Below are positions 37,433-45,916 of a stretch of DNA of 58,524 bases, piece by piece. The DNA is from Fidelibacterota bacterium. Lineage in GTDB: Bacteria; Fidelibacterota; Marinisomatia; Marinisomatales; JAHJCW01. Location: NCBI GenBank assembly GCA_042577295.1, contig JBHPEE010000002.1, positions 1 to 58,524 of the forward strand. Direction: 5' to 3'. The position numbers were made by a program, and so were the translations under genes. The notes under the pieces were generated by a model that worked only from the letters and a program-made list of their open reading frames with translations, searched no databases and was not told where the DNA came from. Position 1 is the first letter of the stretch; each line of letters begins with the position of its first letter.

Positions 37433-37463
37433 CATTGTGGATGCACTTTTTGTGGATGCAAAG
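37433..37463 (+). repeat. IGR-C copy 7
   Basis: cattgtggatgcactttttgtggatgcaaag (both boxes carry the same A-to-G change). Confidence 0.65.
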
Positions 37464-37510
37464 CTGAAGAATATCATATTAAATTATTATATACTATTTG
37501 AGGACTTAAT

Positions 37511-38197
37511 ATGCTGAATTTCAAAAATACCCTTATCATATGTATCCTAATTTTGACAGTTTTGTCCTGTAAGAAATCTTCAACAAATTCTGAACCAAAA
37601 GTAATAACATTTCCAGATTCTAATTTTGAATTACTAATTAGAGAAGTATTAGAAATACCAACAGGTGATATTTTAGACACAAATTTGGAAGCACTAATAT
37701 ATCTTGATGGTTCAACAAGAAACATCACAGATATAACGGGTATTGAATACTGTATCAATTTAGATACTCTCCGCATAACCAATAATCAGATTGAAGATAT
37801 TAGTATGCTTGCCGGATTAGATGGATTAATCTTCTTAAGTATCGGAACAAATCCCATCACTGACATAAGAATATTATCCAATCTAATAAACCTTAAACGG
37901 CTTCATATGGGACATATTCAAGCAACCGATTTTAGTACTATTGCATCATTAACGCTTTTAGAAATATTTGGAGTTGCAGGAAACAACTTGATTGATATTG
38001 GTTTCTTAAAAGATTTACAAAACCTCAAAACATTATATTTATCTACAAATCTTATAACTGATATCAAACCATTAATTGACAATCAAGGAATTGGTTCTGA
38101 TGATTATGTTAGACTAAGGAATAATCCATTAAGTGTTTCATCAATCAATACATATATTCCTGAACTTGAATCTAGAGGCGTTACAATAGATTATTAA
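37511..38197 (+). CDS. leucine-rich-repeat lipoprotein (internalin-like LRR)
   Basis: LSC lipobox. About eight 22-residue repeats of the form LxxLxxLxLxxNxIxDIxxL. Confidence 0.8.
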   Translation: MLNFKNTLIICILILTVLSCKKSSTNSEPKVITFPDSNFELLIREVLEIPTGDILDTNLEALIYLDGSTRNITDITGIEYCINLDTLRITNNQIEDISMLAGLDGLIFLSIGTNPITDIRILSNLINLKRLHMGHIQATDFSTIASLTLLEIFGVAGNNLIDIGFLKDLQNLKTLYLSTNLITDIKPLIDNQGIGSDDYVRLRNNPLSVSSINTYIPELESRGVTIDY

Positions 38198-38378
38198 TCT
38201 TTATAATTACAAATTTATCTATTATGGGTACTTTTCGTAAGGATCTAAGGAAGTTTTACTGTCAGAACAGCAGCGGACCCATAATCCACCTAATGACTAT
38301 TAAATCCACAAATATACAATTTCAAATACTGAACTATTGTATTAATATATAGTATTACAAAGCATGATATCATAAAAC

Positions 38379-39794
38379 TTGGAACCAATTATGAAATATA
38401 TGATAATTTTTACGATATATCTTCTCCTAACTCTTTCTATCGAAAGTTGTACAAATAATTGTACTGAGCCTGTTGAAAATGAAACACCAGATAAATTATA
38501 TCCTTATGAAATAATTTATGATCAAACCACTTTTAAACAACGACGTGATTCAATAGTAAATCGGATTCCAGATAATTCAACTATTTTGATAGTTACTAAC
38601 GATAGGTACAATAGAAATGGTGGTGTTGATTATTCTTTTAGGCCTGCTTCTAATTTCTATTATTTAACAGGTTTTGATGAACCCAATGCAATTGCGATTA
38701 TTAGGGAATCAGACAATGTTCCAAACGAATCTGAACTAATAATGTTTGTAGAGCATCGTGAAGGTGGAGCTATTCAATGGCTTGGACCTGTCTACGGATC
38801 AGAAGGTGCGATGGAATATTTTTACGCAGATAGTGCTTTTAATTATGAAAATTTCTCAACAGTTGCTGAAGATTACATTGAGAATGGCGATGTTATTTAT
38901 TCCAATATAGAAATTAATCAAACAGTATCAGACATCTTTAATGATATAGGTCTACAATCTCTTGATATTAGAGAAATTGATGATAGCATAAATGAGTTAA
39001 GAAAAATTAAATCATCTATCGAAATATCCACTATTCAGAACTCAGTTGATGTTTCAGTCCAATCATTTAAGGCGGCGCTAAAAATGATTCAACCCAATAT
39101 TTATGAATATGAAATTGAAGCAACCTTTAATTACATAACCAGGTTAAACGGGTGTCCCAATTTGGCTTTCCCAACAATTATTGCTTCTGGACCAAATATT
39201 AATATATTGCATTACCAAAACAATAATAGAAAAATGGTGGACGGTGATTTGGTAATGATCGATTTCGGAGCTGAGTATGGTTTCTATGCTTCAGATATAA
39301 CAAGGACTGTCCCAGTAAATGGTAAATTTTCACCTGAACAAGCTACAGTTTATGAGATTGTTCTTGAAGCCCATAAAACTGCAATTGCCAATGCAGCGCC
39401 AGGTGTGAGTTACTATGATTTGTATTGGAACAATGTTGAGTATATTATTGATAAACTTATTGAAAATAATATTATCAGCGGTAATAGAGACGAAATCATA
39501 TCCTCAGGAAGGTTTAGACAATATATTGTTGCTGGATTAGGTCATTGTGTTGGTTTAGATGTCCACGACCCTTTCCCTCTTGAATTAAATGGTGATAAAA
39601 TACTCGAAGAAAATATGGTTTTAGCTTTCGAACCGCATGTGTATCTTTTTAGTGGTGATCAAACAGTCAATTCAGATTATTGGAATGTGAGTGCTCGAAT
39701 TGAAGACGATATTTTAATAACAGCCTCTGGTAGAGAAGTTCTAAGCGACAGCTTACCAATCGAAATAGAGTTAATTGAAGATTTAATGAAGTAG
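38379..39794 (+). CDS. pepP: Xaa-Pro aminopeptidase (M24B) with AMP_N domain, lipoprotein
   Basis: FRPASNFYYLTGFDEPNA (AMP_N); DGDLVMIDFGAEYGFYASDITRT, GHCVGLDVHD and FEPHVY...ARIEDD metal ligand blocks. Confidence 0.85.
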   Translation: MEPIMKYMIIFTIYLLLTLSIESCTNNCTEPVENETPDKLYPYEIIYDQTTFKQRRDSIVNRIPDNSTILIVTNDRYNRNGGVDYSFRPASNFYYLTGFDEPNAIAIIRESDNVPNESELIMFVEHREGGAIQWLGPVYGSEGAMEYFYADSAFNYENFSTVAEDYIENGDVIYSNIEINQTVSDIFNDIGLQSLDIREIDDSINELRKIKSSIEISTIQNSVDVSVQSFKAALKMIQPNIYEYEIEATFNYITRLNGCPNLAFPTIIASGPNINILHYQNNNRKMVDGDLVMIDFGAEYGFYASDITRTVPVNGKFSPEQATVYEIVLEAHKTAIANAAPGVSYYDLYWNNVEYIIDKLIENNIISGNRDEIISSGRFRQYIVAGLGHCVGLDVHDPFPLELNGDKILEENMVLAFEPHVYLFSGDQTVNSDYWNVSARIEDDILITASGREVLSDSLPIEIELIEDLMK

Positions 39795-39805
39795 GTTATC
39801 AATTA

Positions 39806-39840
39806 TCGCTTGAAAATCGTATTATTTACGTATTGTAGTA
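39806..39840 (+). repeat. IGR-D copy 3 (partial)
   Basis: The 15-mer cgtattatttacgta at 39818-39832 is identical to 32381-32395. Confidence 0.5.
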
Positions 39841-39964
39841 CTGATTTCTGTACCATTGTGTTTTGGTTTTAGTTATTTAATTAAGTATTATTGGGATGGT
39901 TATTTATAATTCTGAGCCATAAACAAATCTCAGACAAATAAAATGAACTTAAAAAGGAATAAAA

Positions 39965-40906
39965 ATGAAAGCCGTTGTATGCACTAAATATGGACCACCG
40001 GAAGTTCTTAGACTTGTCGAAATAGAAAAACCGATACCCAAGAGAAATGAAGTATTAATTAAAATACATGCAACAACAGCCCATGTTGGAGATACTAAAA
40101 TACGAGCATTTAAACCTGGTTTAGGACCAGTGAAAGATTTCTTTTTCAAACCGATAATGCGAATAATGGTTGGATTCAAAGGTCCAAGGAATAATATACT
40201 CGGTATGGATATTGCAGGAGAAATCGAAGTAGTAGGTGAAGATGTAAAGAATTTTAAGAAAGGTGATCAAATTTTTGCATCTACTTTCGAAGGATTTAAG
40301 TTTGGTGGTTATGCAGAATACAAATGCATGCCTGAAGATTCGGTGATGACTCGAAAACCAAATAACATGAGCTATCAGGAGGCTGCCCCTGTTCCTAACG
40401 GTTGTTTAACTGCACTACTAATACTGAGAAAAGCTAATATCCAACAAGGTCAAAAAATTCTTATCTATGGCGCTTCAGGAAGCATAGGTACCTTTGCTGT
40501 TCAACTCGGTAAATACTTTGGGGCAGAAGTTATTGGTGTATGCAGTACGTCAAATTTGGATTTGATTAAATCCCTGGGAGCTTATAGAGTGATAGACTAT
40601 ACTGTAGATGATTTTACTAAAAACTCTGAAAATTATGATGTGATTTTTGATGCAGTCGGCAAGATTGCACCTTCACAAGCTAAAAGATCTTTAAAAAAAT
40701 CAGGAACCTATCTTAACGTAATCACTTCATCTAGTGGACTGAAGATGAAGACTAAAGACTTGATATTCCTAAGGGAAATTATAGAATCAGGGCATCTTCG
40801 GTCTGTAATTGATAGAGGTTATGCGTTGGAGCAAATCGTTGAAGCACATAGGTATGTCGACAAGGGACACAAAAAGGGTAATGTCGTGATTTCTGTAGTA
40901 CAATAA
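39965..40906 (+). CDS. NAD(P)H-dependent quinone oxidoreductase / MDR-family alcohol dehydrogenase
   Basis: [19 protein letters not shown]...[10 protein letters not shown]-terminus and [19 protein letters not shown] Rossmann motif. Confidence 0.85.
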   Translation: MKAVVCTKYGPPEVLRLVEIEKPIPKRNEVLIKIHATTAHVGDTKIRAFKPGLGPVKDFFFKPIMRIMVGFKGPRNNILGMDIAGEIEVVGEDVKNFKKGDQIFASTFEGFKFGGYAEYKCMPEDSVMTRKPNNMSYQEAAPVPNGCLTALLILRKANIQQGQKILIYGASGSIGTFAVQLGKYFGAEVIGVCSTSNLDLIKSLGAYRVIDYTVDDFTKNSENYDVIFDAVGKIAPSQAKRSLKKSGTYLNVITSSSGLKMKTKDLIFLREIIESGHLRSVIDRGYALEQIVEAHRYVDKGHKKGNVVISVVQ

Positions 40907-40926
40907 AATAAACGAATATAATTAAT

Positions 40927-41757
40927 ATGGTAAAATCTCAAAAATCTAAACTAAAAGTAAAAAAAATATTTCTTAAAAAGGGAACATGATCTCGCACATA
41001 TTTTTATTTACTGAACCGTGAGTTCGGTAATCCCAAAGAACTGGAAGAACGGGCTATAGATCCACTAGCAGGAGGAATACTTCAACAGGGGTATCAATGT
41101 GGAATGGTTTGGGGTGCTTCAATGGCTTTAGGAACTGAAGCTTTTCGCAGATTCGATGATAAGGATGAGGCTATTCCCATAGCAATTACAGCAACTAAAT
41201 ATATTATGGAATCATTTTTTAAAAGGGCAAAGAGCATTGATTGTGGTGACATTACTGAAACTGATTTTGGAAACAATTGGAGTTTTGCTAAATATATGTT
41301 CTCTGGAAAGTTTTACGGATGTTTTAAACTTGCCGACAAATGGGCACCGGAAGCGATAGAGTCCGCAAAAGAGGGACTCCAACAGCCAATTGAATTGAAA
41401 CAACAATCACCAATAAGTTGTGCTACTGAAGTTGTTAAAAAAATGGAGGGTAGCCAAGAAGAATCGGTTATGGTTGCTGGATTTGCCGGAGGATTGGGTT
41501 TAAGTGGTAATGCTTGTGGGGCATTAGCTGCAACTATTTGGAAGACAATTCTAGAATTAATAAAAAAGGATGAGTGGAAGCCGAGTTTTAAAGATCCTGT
41601 TTCAGAAAAAATAATAGAAAGGTTCTATGAAGCAACAGATTATAAAATGGAATGTCATGAAATATGCGGGAAACGGTTTAATACAGTTGATGAACACTCA
41701 GAATATATTAAAAACGGTGGCTGCGATTCGCTGATTAATGTATTAGCACAATCATAA
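40927..41757 (+). CDS. tandem C_GCAxxG_C_C redox protein with in-frame TGA (40987-40989): candidate selenoprotein, or nonsense pseudogene
   Basis: The listed ORF 41104..41757 begins inside domain 1. The same frame is open from ATG 40927 apart from one TGA. Domain 1 runs TGA...QCGMVWG...SIDCGD...YGCFKL. Domain 2 runs SCATEV...NACGALAA...ECHEICG...GGCDSL. Confidence 0.55.
41008..41030 (+). promoter_or_regulatory. SECIS-like hairpin downstream of the in-frame TGA
   Basis: ttactgaac / gttcggtaa forms 9 bp (one G-U) around the loop cgtga. The stem base lies 18 nt after the UGA and the loop contains GU. Confidence 0.4.
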
Positions 41758-41814
41758 TTTCCTAAATGACCAGGATTAATAAAAAATGATTTTCAATTAG
41801 AAGAGGAAGATATC

Positions 41815-42429
41815 ATGAATAAAATAAAAATAGCTATCATATTATTAATTGCATTTATTATTTCAAATTGTACCAATACAAAAGTTGTTACATTCACAGA
41901 TCCAGATGCTAGAGGAAAGTCATACAACCGTATTGGTGTAGTGGCTAATGTAGATGATTTATCTGAAAGAGTCACAATTGAGGAAAAAATGGTTAAAACA
42001 TTTTTAGACAATGGTATTAGTGCTGTATCAAGCATATCCTTAATACCCCCAACTCGTGAGTTCACAGTTGAACAAGAAAACGAAATATTTAAAAATAATA
42101 GAATTGATGCACTTGCTATAATCCAATTAGATGATTCAGGTTACTTTGTAACCACAGAACCAATGAGCGTTCATACTGAAACACGCAAAAAAGATGGTAA
42201 AAAAGTTAAAAGTACAACTGTTACTGGTGGAGGTACTGAACAAAAAGCATTTAGTAAATTTAGAGTTTCTTTGGTCGACCTGGAGTCCAATAAAACAATG
42301 TGGATTGGCGATGCTGATTCTCGTGCTAATTTTGATTCAATTGATCCTGACTGGGATATGGAAATGTTACTAAAAGCTTCATCCAAAAAAATAGTACAGG
42401 AATTACTTAAAACCGGTCTTGTAAGATAA
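41815..42429 (+). CDS. hypothetical lipoprotein
   Basis: aggaag SD; IISNC lipobox; 204 aa with no recognised motif. Its last 32 codons are duplicated at 25483-25581. Confidence 0.5.
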   Translation: MNKIKIAIILLIAFIISNCTNTKVVTFTDPDARGKSYNRIGVVANVDDLSERVTIEEKMVKTFLDNGISAVSSISLIPPTREFTVEQENEIFKNNRIDALAIIQLDDSGYFVTTEPMSVHTETRKKDGKKVKSTTVTGGGTEQKAFSKFRVSLVDLESNKTMWIGDADSRANFDSIDPDWDMEMLLKASSKKIVQELLKTGLVR

Positions 42430-42475
42430 GAATATATTTCCAATTAATAGGATAAAAGTGGACAGTAATGGACAG
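42331..42475 (+). repeat. parental copy of the 145-bp duplication
   Basis: See 25483-25628. Covers the last 32 codons of the lipoprotein gene, 28 nt of spacer and the first IGR-B boxes. Confidence 0.9.
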
Positions 42476-42533
42476 TAGTATAGCACACTTTCAACACTTC
42501 TCCTATTAGCACACTGTCTTCACACGGTAGTGC
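42458..42533 (+). repeat. IGR-B copy 6
   Basis: gtggacagtaatggacagtagtatagcacactttcaacact...cttcacacggtagtgc. Confidence 0.7.
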
Positions 42534-42829
42534 TAATATTTATATAATGACGTAATTAATGACCCCTTTTCTTTACTGGTTAAGTCACGCTTTAGACACG
42601 TTATTATGCAAATCAAAATATTGTTGACACTTCCGGACGAAAGGTTTATGAAGCTATATGACGTTTTTATAATAAATGCGGGTACAATCAAGAATCCCGA
42701 CTTGTTTATTTTTACGCACATGGTGATGATAAAATTGTATTTATGAAAGATTTATAAAGTTCTACAATTAAAGTATTGTGGCATAATAATCAGATTAAAT
42801 GGTATTTTACCCAATGCAATAATTAATAG

Positions 42830-45040
42830 GTGTATAATATAGAGACTAAAACTTTTAATAAGTATGGAACGTTTAGCGGAGTATTTTTACCGAGCACATT
42901 AACTATCTTGGGTGTTATGTTGTACTTACGCACTGGATGGATGGTGGGTAATGTAGGATTAAGTAAAGCGATTTTAATCATTGTACTCGCAAAACTGGTA
43001 ACATTAACAACCGGCCTTTCAACCTCTTCATTAGCGACAAATGTAAAAATGGGTGCCGGTGGTTTTTACAATTTATTATCCAGGTCACTTGGGGCTGAAA
43101 TGGGTTCTGCAATTGGGATACCATTGTTTTTATCACAAGCTCTCAGTTGCGCTTTGTACGTAGCTGGTTTTACCGAAGGTTGGTTATTGCTATTCCCTCA
43201 ACATAATCCATTAATAATCTCATCAACGATTTTTGTTATTATTTTACTACTCTCACTTATAGATAGTAAAGCTGCAATCAGAACCCAATATTTGATGATA
43301 TCAGTTATTGTTCTATCATTAATTTCCTTTTTTTGGGGTAATGGCGAACTCAACGTTAATTTACAAATCCAAAGCACAACTAGTGAAATACCATTTTGGA
43401 CAGTTTTTGCAATATTTTTCCCGGCTGTAACAGGAATAACAGCAGGGGCATCAATGTCAGGTAATTTAGTAAATCCCCGCAAAAGTATACCAGTTGGGAC
43501 ACTTTCGGCAATTAGTATAACAGCAGTAATATATATTTCAGTAGCAATCTGGCTATCAAATAACGCCAGTTCTAATGAATTACAAAATAACTATTCAATT
43601 ATGGTCGATCTTTCACGGTGGCCAATTATTGTTATAATCGGATTGTTAAGCGCTACAGCATCCTCAGCTTTAGGAAGTATACTTGGGGCACCAAGAACGC
43701 TTGCAGCCCTTGCAAGTGATAAATTAGTACCTTTCCATAGAATACTATCAAATTACAGTAAAAATGGTGAACCCCGATATGCCATAATTTTCACAGCTTT
43801 AATTGTTGAGGCTAGCATACTACTTGGGGATTTGAATACAATTGCACCTTTATTGACAATGTTTTTCTTAATTACCTATGGTTCAATTAATGCTGTCGTA
43901 GCAATTGAGAAAGGAATAGGAATACCCTCGTTTAGACCAAGTATTAATATTCCTCTAATTATTCCGATTGTTGGATCGCTTTGGTGCCTTGTAACGATGT
44001 TTTTGATAAATCCTGTTTTCAGTGGTGTGTCCATTTCGCTAATAATATTAACATATTTTTTTCAACTGAAGCGACATATCAAAGCTGGTTGGGGTGATAT
44101 TAGAAGTGGTGTTTTCAGGGCAATAGCCGAATGGGGTGCAAAAACTTCTACACGAATGCCCTATCATGCAAAAACTTGGAAACCAAATCTTCTTATTCCA
44201 GTTGAAGACCCTGATAATTGGTCATATATAATAAAATTCATTAGAAACTTAGTTTTTCCTAGTGGATCAATAAGGTTGTTTTCTGTAAGAAAAGATGATT
44301 CAATACGCAAGAGAGGCTTTTCAAAGATATTATCAAAATTCTTAACTATTGATAAAAATACAAATACTGAGGAAATAAATACTGATAAGATACAAGAAAG
44401 TCTCGATGAATTGATTGTTCCAATAATCGAAGAAAAAATATTTGCTATCGCAAATGTAATCCATGCCGACAACTTCTTAGAGGGTATAAGTATTACAACA
44501 CAGGCACTTAGAGGATCATATTTCCCACCAAATACAATCTTTTTTACAATGAGTAATGATCCTTCCAAGGATGAAGACCTAATGGCAATGATTGGAATTT
44601 CTATAAGAGAAAAACTCGGAATTATTATTTTATCTCATCACGCAAAAGCCGCTTTTGGCAATGAGCAAACAATTAATCTTTGGTTACGAAGAGGCACACC
44701 AAATCTTGATCTTAGCGTTCTTATTGCCATACAATTGAAAAGAAATTGGTCTAACACTAAAATCAGAATAATAAGTATCGCGACTGATGAGCGAGACCAA
44801 GCTATAACTAAAAAATATCTAGATGCAATAATAGATCATGCACGGATACCTGGAAAGATTGATATTGATATTCCTGTTGGAGAATTTAATGAAATATTAT
44901 CTCAAGTCCCTCATGCTGACATTAATATCTTTGGGATTTCGACTGAATTAAGCTGTAAATCAATGCATGATATCGTCAGCGATATCAATGCAGCCTGTTT
45001 ATTTATAAAAGACGGTGGTAGCGAAAGTGCTGTTGCTTAA
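42830..45040 (+). CDS. cation-chloride cotransporter (SLC12/CCC-like, APC superfamily) with large cytoplasmic C-terminal domain
   Basis: GTG start. KYGTFSGVFLPSTLTILGVMLYLRTGWMVG is the SLC12-type N-terminal motif. About 12 TM followed by a soluble domain of about 280 aa. Confidence 0.7.
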   Translation: MYNIETKTFNKYGTFSGVFLPSTLTILGVMLYLRTGWMVGNVGLSKAILIIVLAKLVTLTTGLSTSSLATNVKMGAGGFYNLLSRSLGAEMGSAIGIPLFLSQALSCALYVAGFTEGWLLLFPQHNPLIISSTIFVIILLLSLIDSKAAIRTQYLMISVIVLSLISFFWGNGELNVNLQIQSTTSEIPFWTVFAIFFPAVTGITAGASMSGNLVNPRKSIPVGTLSAISITAVIYISVAIWLSNNASSNELQNNYSIMVDLSRWPIIVIIGLLSATASSALGSILGAPRTLAALASDKLVPFHRILSNYSKNGEPRYAIIFTALIVEASILLGDLNTIAPLLTMFFLITYGSINAVVAIEKGIGIPSFRPSINIPLIIPIVGSLWCLVTMFLINPVFSGVSISLIILTYFFQLKRHIKAGWGDIRSGVFRAIAEWGAKTSTRMPYHAKTWKPNLLIPVEDPDNWSYIIKFIRNLVFPSGSIRLFSVRKDDSIRKRGFSKILSKFLTIDKNTNTEEINTDKIQESLDELIVPIIEEKIFAIANVIHADNFLEGISITTQALRGSYFPPNTIFFTMSNDPSKDEDLMAMIGISIREKLGIIILSHHAKAAFGNEQTINLWLRRGTPNLDLSVLIAIQLKRNWSNTKIRIISIATDERDQAITKKYLDAIIDHARIPGKIDIDIPVGEFNEILSQVPHADINIFGISTELSCKSMHDIVSDINAACLFIKDGGSESAVA

Positions 45041-45073
45041 ATTTTTTTCAACAAATGCAAAAAGGGATTTGAC

Positions 45074-45826
45074 ATGCTTGCTATTCTTACACTTTTAATT
45101 GTCATTACTTTATCAATAATAATAAATAGGGTTGCGACTATAGCTTTAGTGCATACGGGGCTATCGATAGATTCTGCTAGGTTTCAATCTCGTTCAGCAT
45201 TAACAGGGGCGGGTTTTACAACAAAAGAATCAGAAGATATTATGAACCACCCTGTTAGGCGAAGAATCATTGGATGGTTAATGTTATTAGGTAACGCAGG
45301 TATTGTCACTGTAATTAGTACCTTAATTCTAACTTTTGTTAATCGGGGAGATGAGACATCAGGTATGCCAAGGTTCATAGTAATGATTTTAGGAACGGGA
45401 ACATTGTTTTATCTATCTCAAAGCAAATTTGTGAATCGTCACCTCTCGAAACTTATTGATAGACTACTTAATAAATACAGCTCTCTAAAGGTTCAAGATT
45501 ATGCTAGTCTAATGCATTTATCAAAAGATTATAGAGTAGCAGAGCTTTTAGTTAATGAAGGAGATTGGCTTTCTTACAGTAAATTGAAAGAAACTAAACT
45601 GAGTGACGAAGGATTGCTAATACTTGGAATCAATCGTCCGTACGGAGAATATATAGGAACCCCAAGAGGTACAACAGAGATTTTACCAGGTGATGTATTA
45701 ATTGTATATGGAAGAATTGATGAAATTAAAAATGTTGATACTCGTCGCAAAACGAAGCGTGGTGACAATCAGCACAAAAAAGCTGTTGAAAAACAACAAA
45801 AAATTATTGAAGAAGATGAAACTTAG
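45074..45826 (+). CDS. membrane protein with C-terminal RCK_C (TrkA-C) domain
   Basis: N-terminal TM pair with SRSALTGAGFTTKESEDIMNHPVRRRI. C-terminal LLVNEGDWLSYSKLKE...ILPGDVLIVYG is RCK_C-like. Confidence 0.5.
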   Translation: MLAILTLLIVITLSIIINRVATIALVHTGLSIDSARFQSRSALTGAGFTTKESEDIMNHPVRRRIIGWLMLLGNAGIVTVISTLILTFVNRGDETSGMPRFIVMILGTGTLFYLSQSKFVNRHLSKLIDRLLNKYSSLKVQDYASLMHLSKDYRVAELLVNEGDWLSYSKLKETKLSDEGLLILGINRPYGEYIGTPRGTTEILPGDVLIVYGRIDEIKNVDTRRKTKRGDNQHKKAVEKQQKIIEEDET

Positions 45827-45916
45827 AATACTTTATTAGATTTGTAAAATAAGCAAACAGCAATGATAAGGTGTGGTACAATGATAGTATACTCTATCAT
45901 CGGAATCAAAAGTCAA

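Noticed and set aside
34458-37463. A cluster of DnaA-box-like TGTGGATAC pairs as a replication origin
   Set aside because: The boxes are spread one pair per spacer over 3 kb, with more copies 10-30 kb away. No dnaA, dnaN or gidA, and no obvious DUE-type AT-rich unwinding element beyond the generally AT-rich background, lies nearby. This is treated as a dispersed repeat or binding-site family instead.
40987-40989. Genome-wide TGA reassignment (code 4/25-like) as the explanation for the in-frame TGA
   Set aside because: TGA terminates well-supported genes at 7482-7484, 11097-11099 and 14555-14557. No other gene in the window needs TGA read-through.
25483-42475. Prophage or ICE bounded by the 145-bp repeats
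   Set aside because: No integrase, recombinase, relaxase, or phage structural or conjugation genes lie in the block. Only a decayed 81-aa HTH gene is present. The observation is kept as an unexplained repeat-bracketed segment, not called a mobile element.
42534-42829. Riboswitch (for example c-di-AMP ydaO/kimA type) in the long leader of the K+/Cl- transporter gene
   Set aside because: I could not identify the conserved ACGGGGA/CCCA-type cores or a convincing pseudo-symmetric fold by eye. It is left only as something to scan with Rfam.
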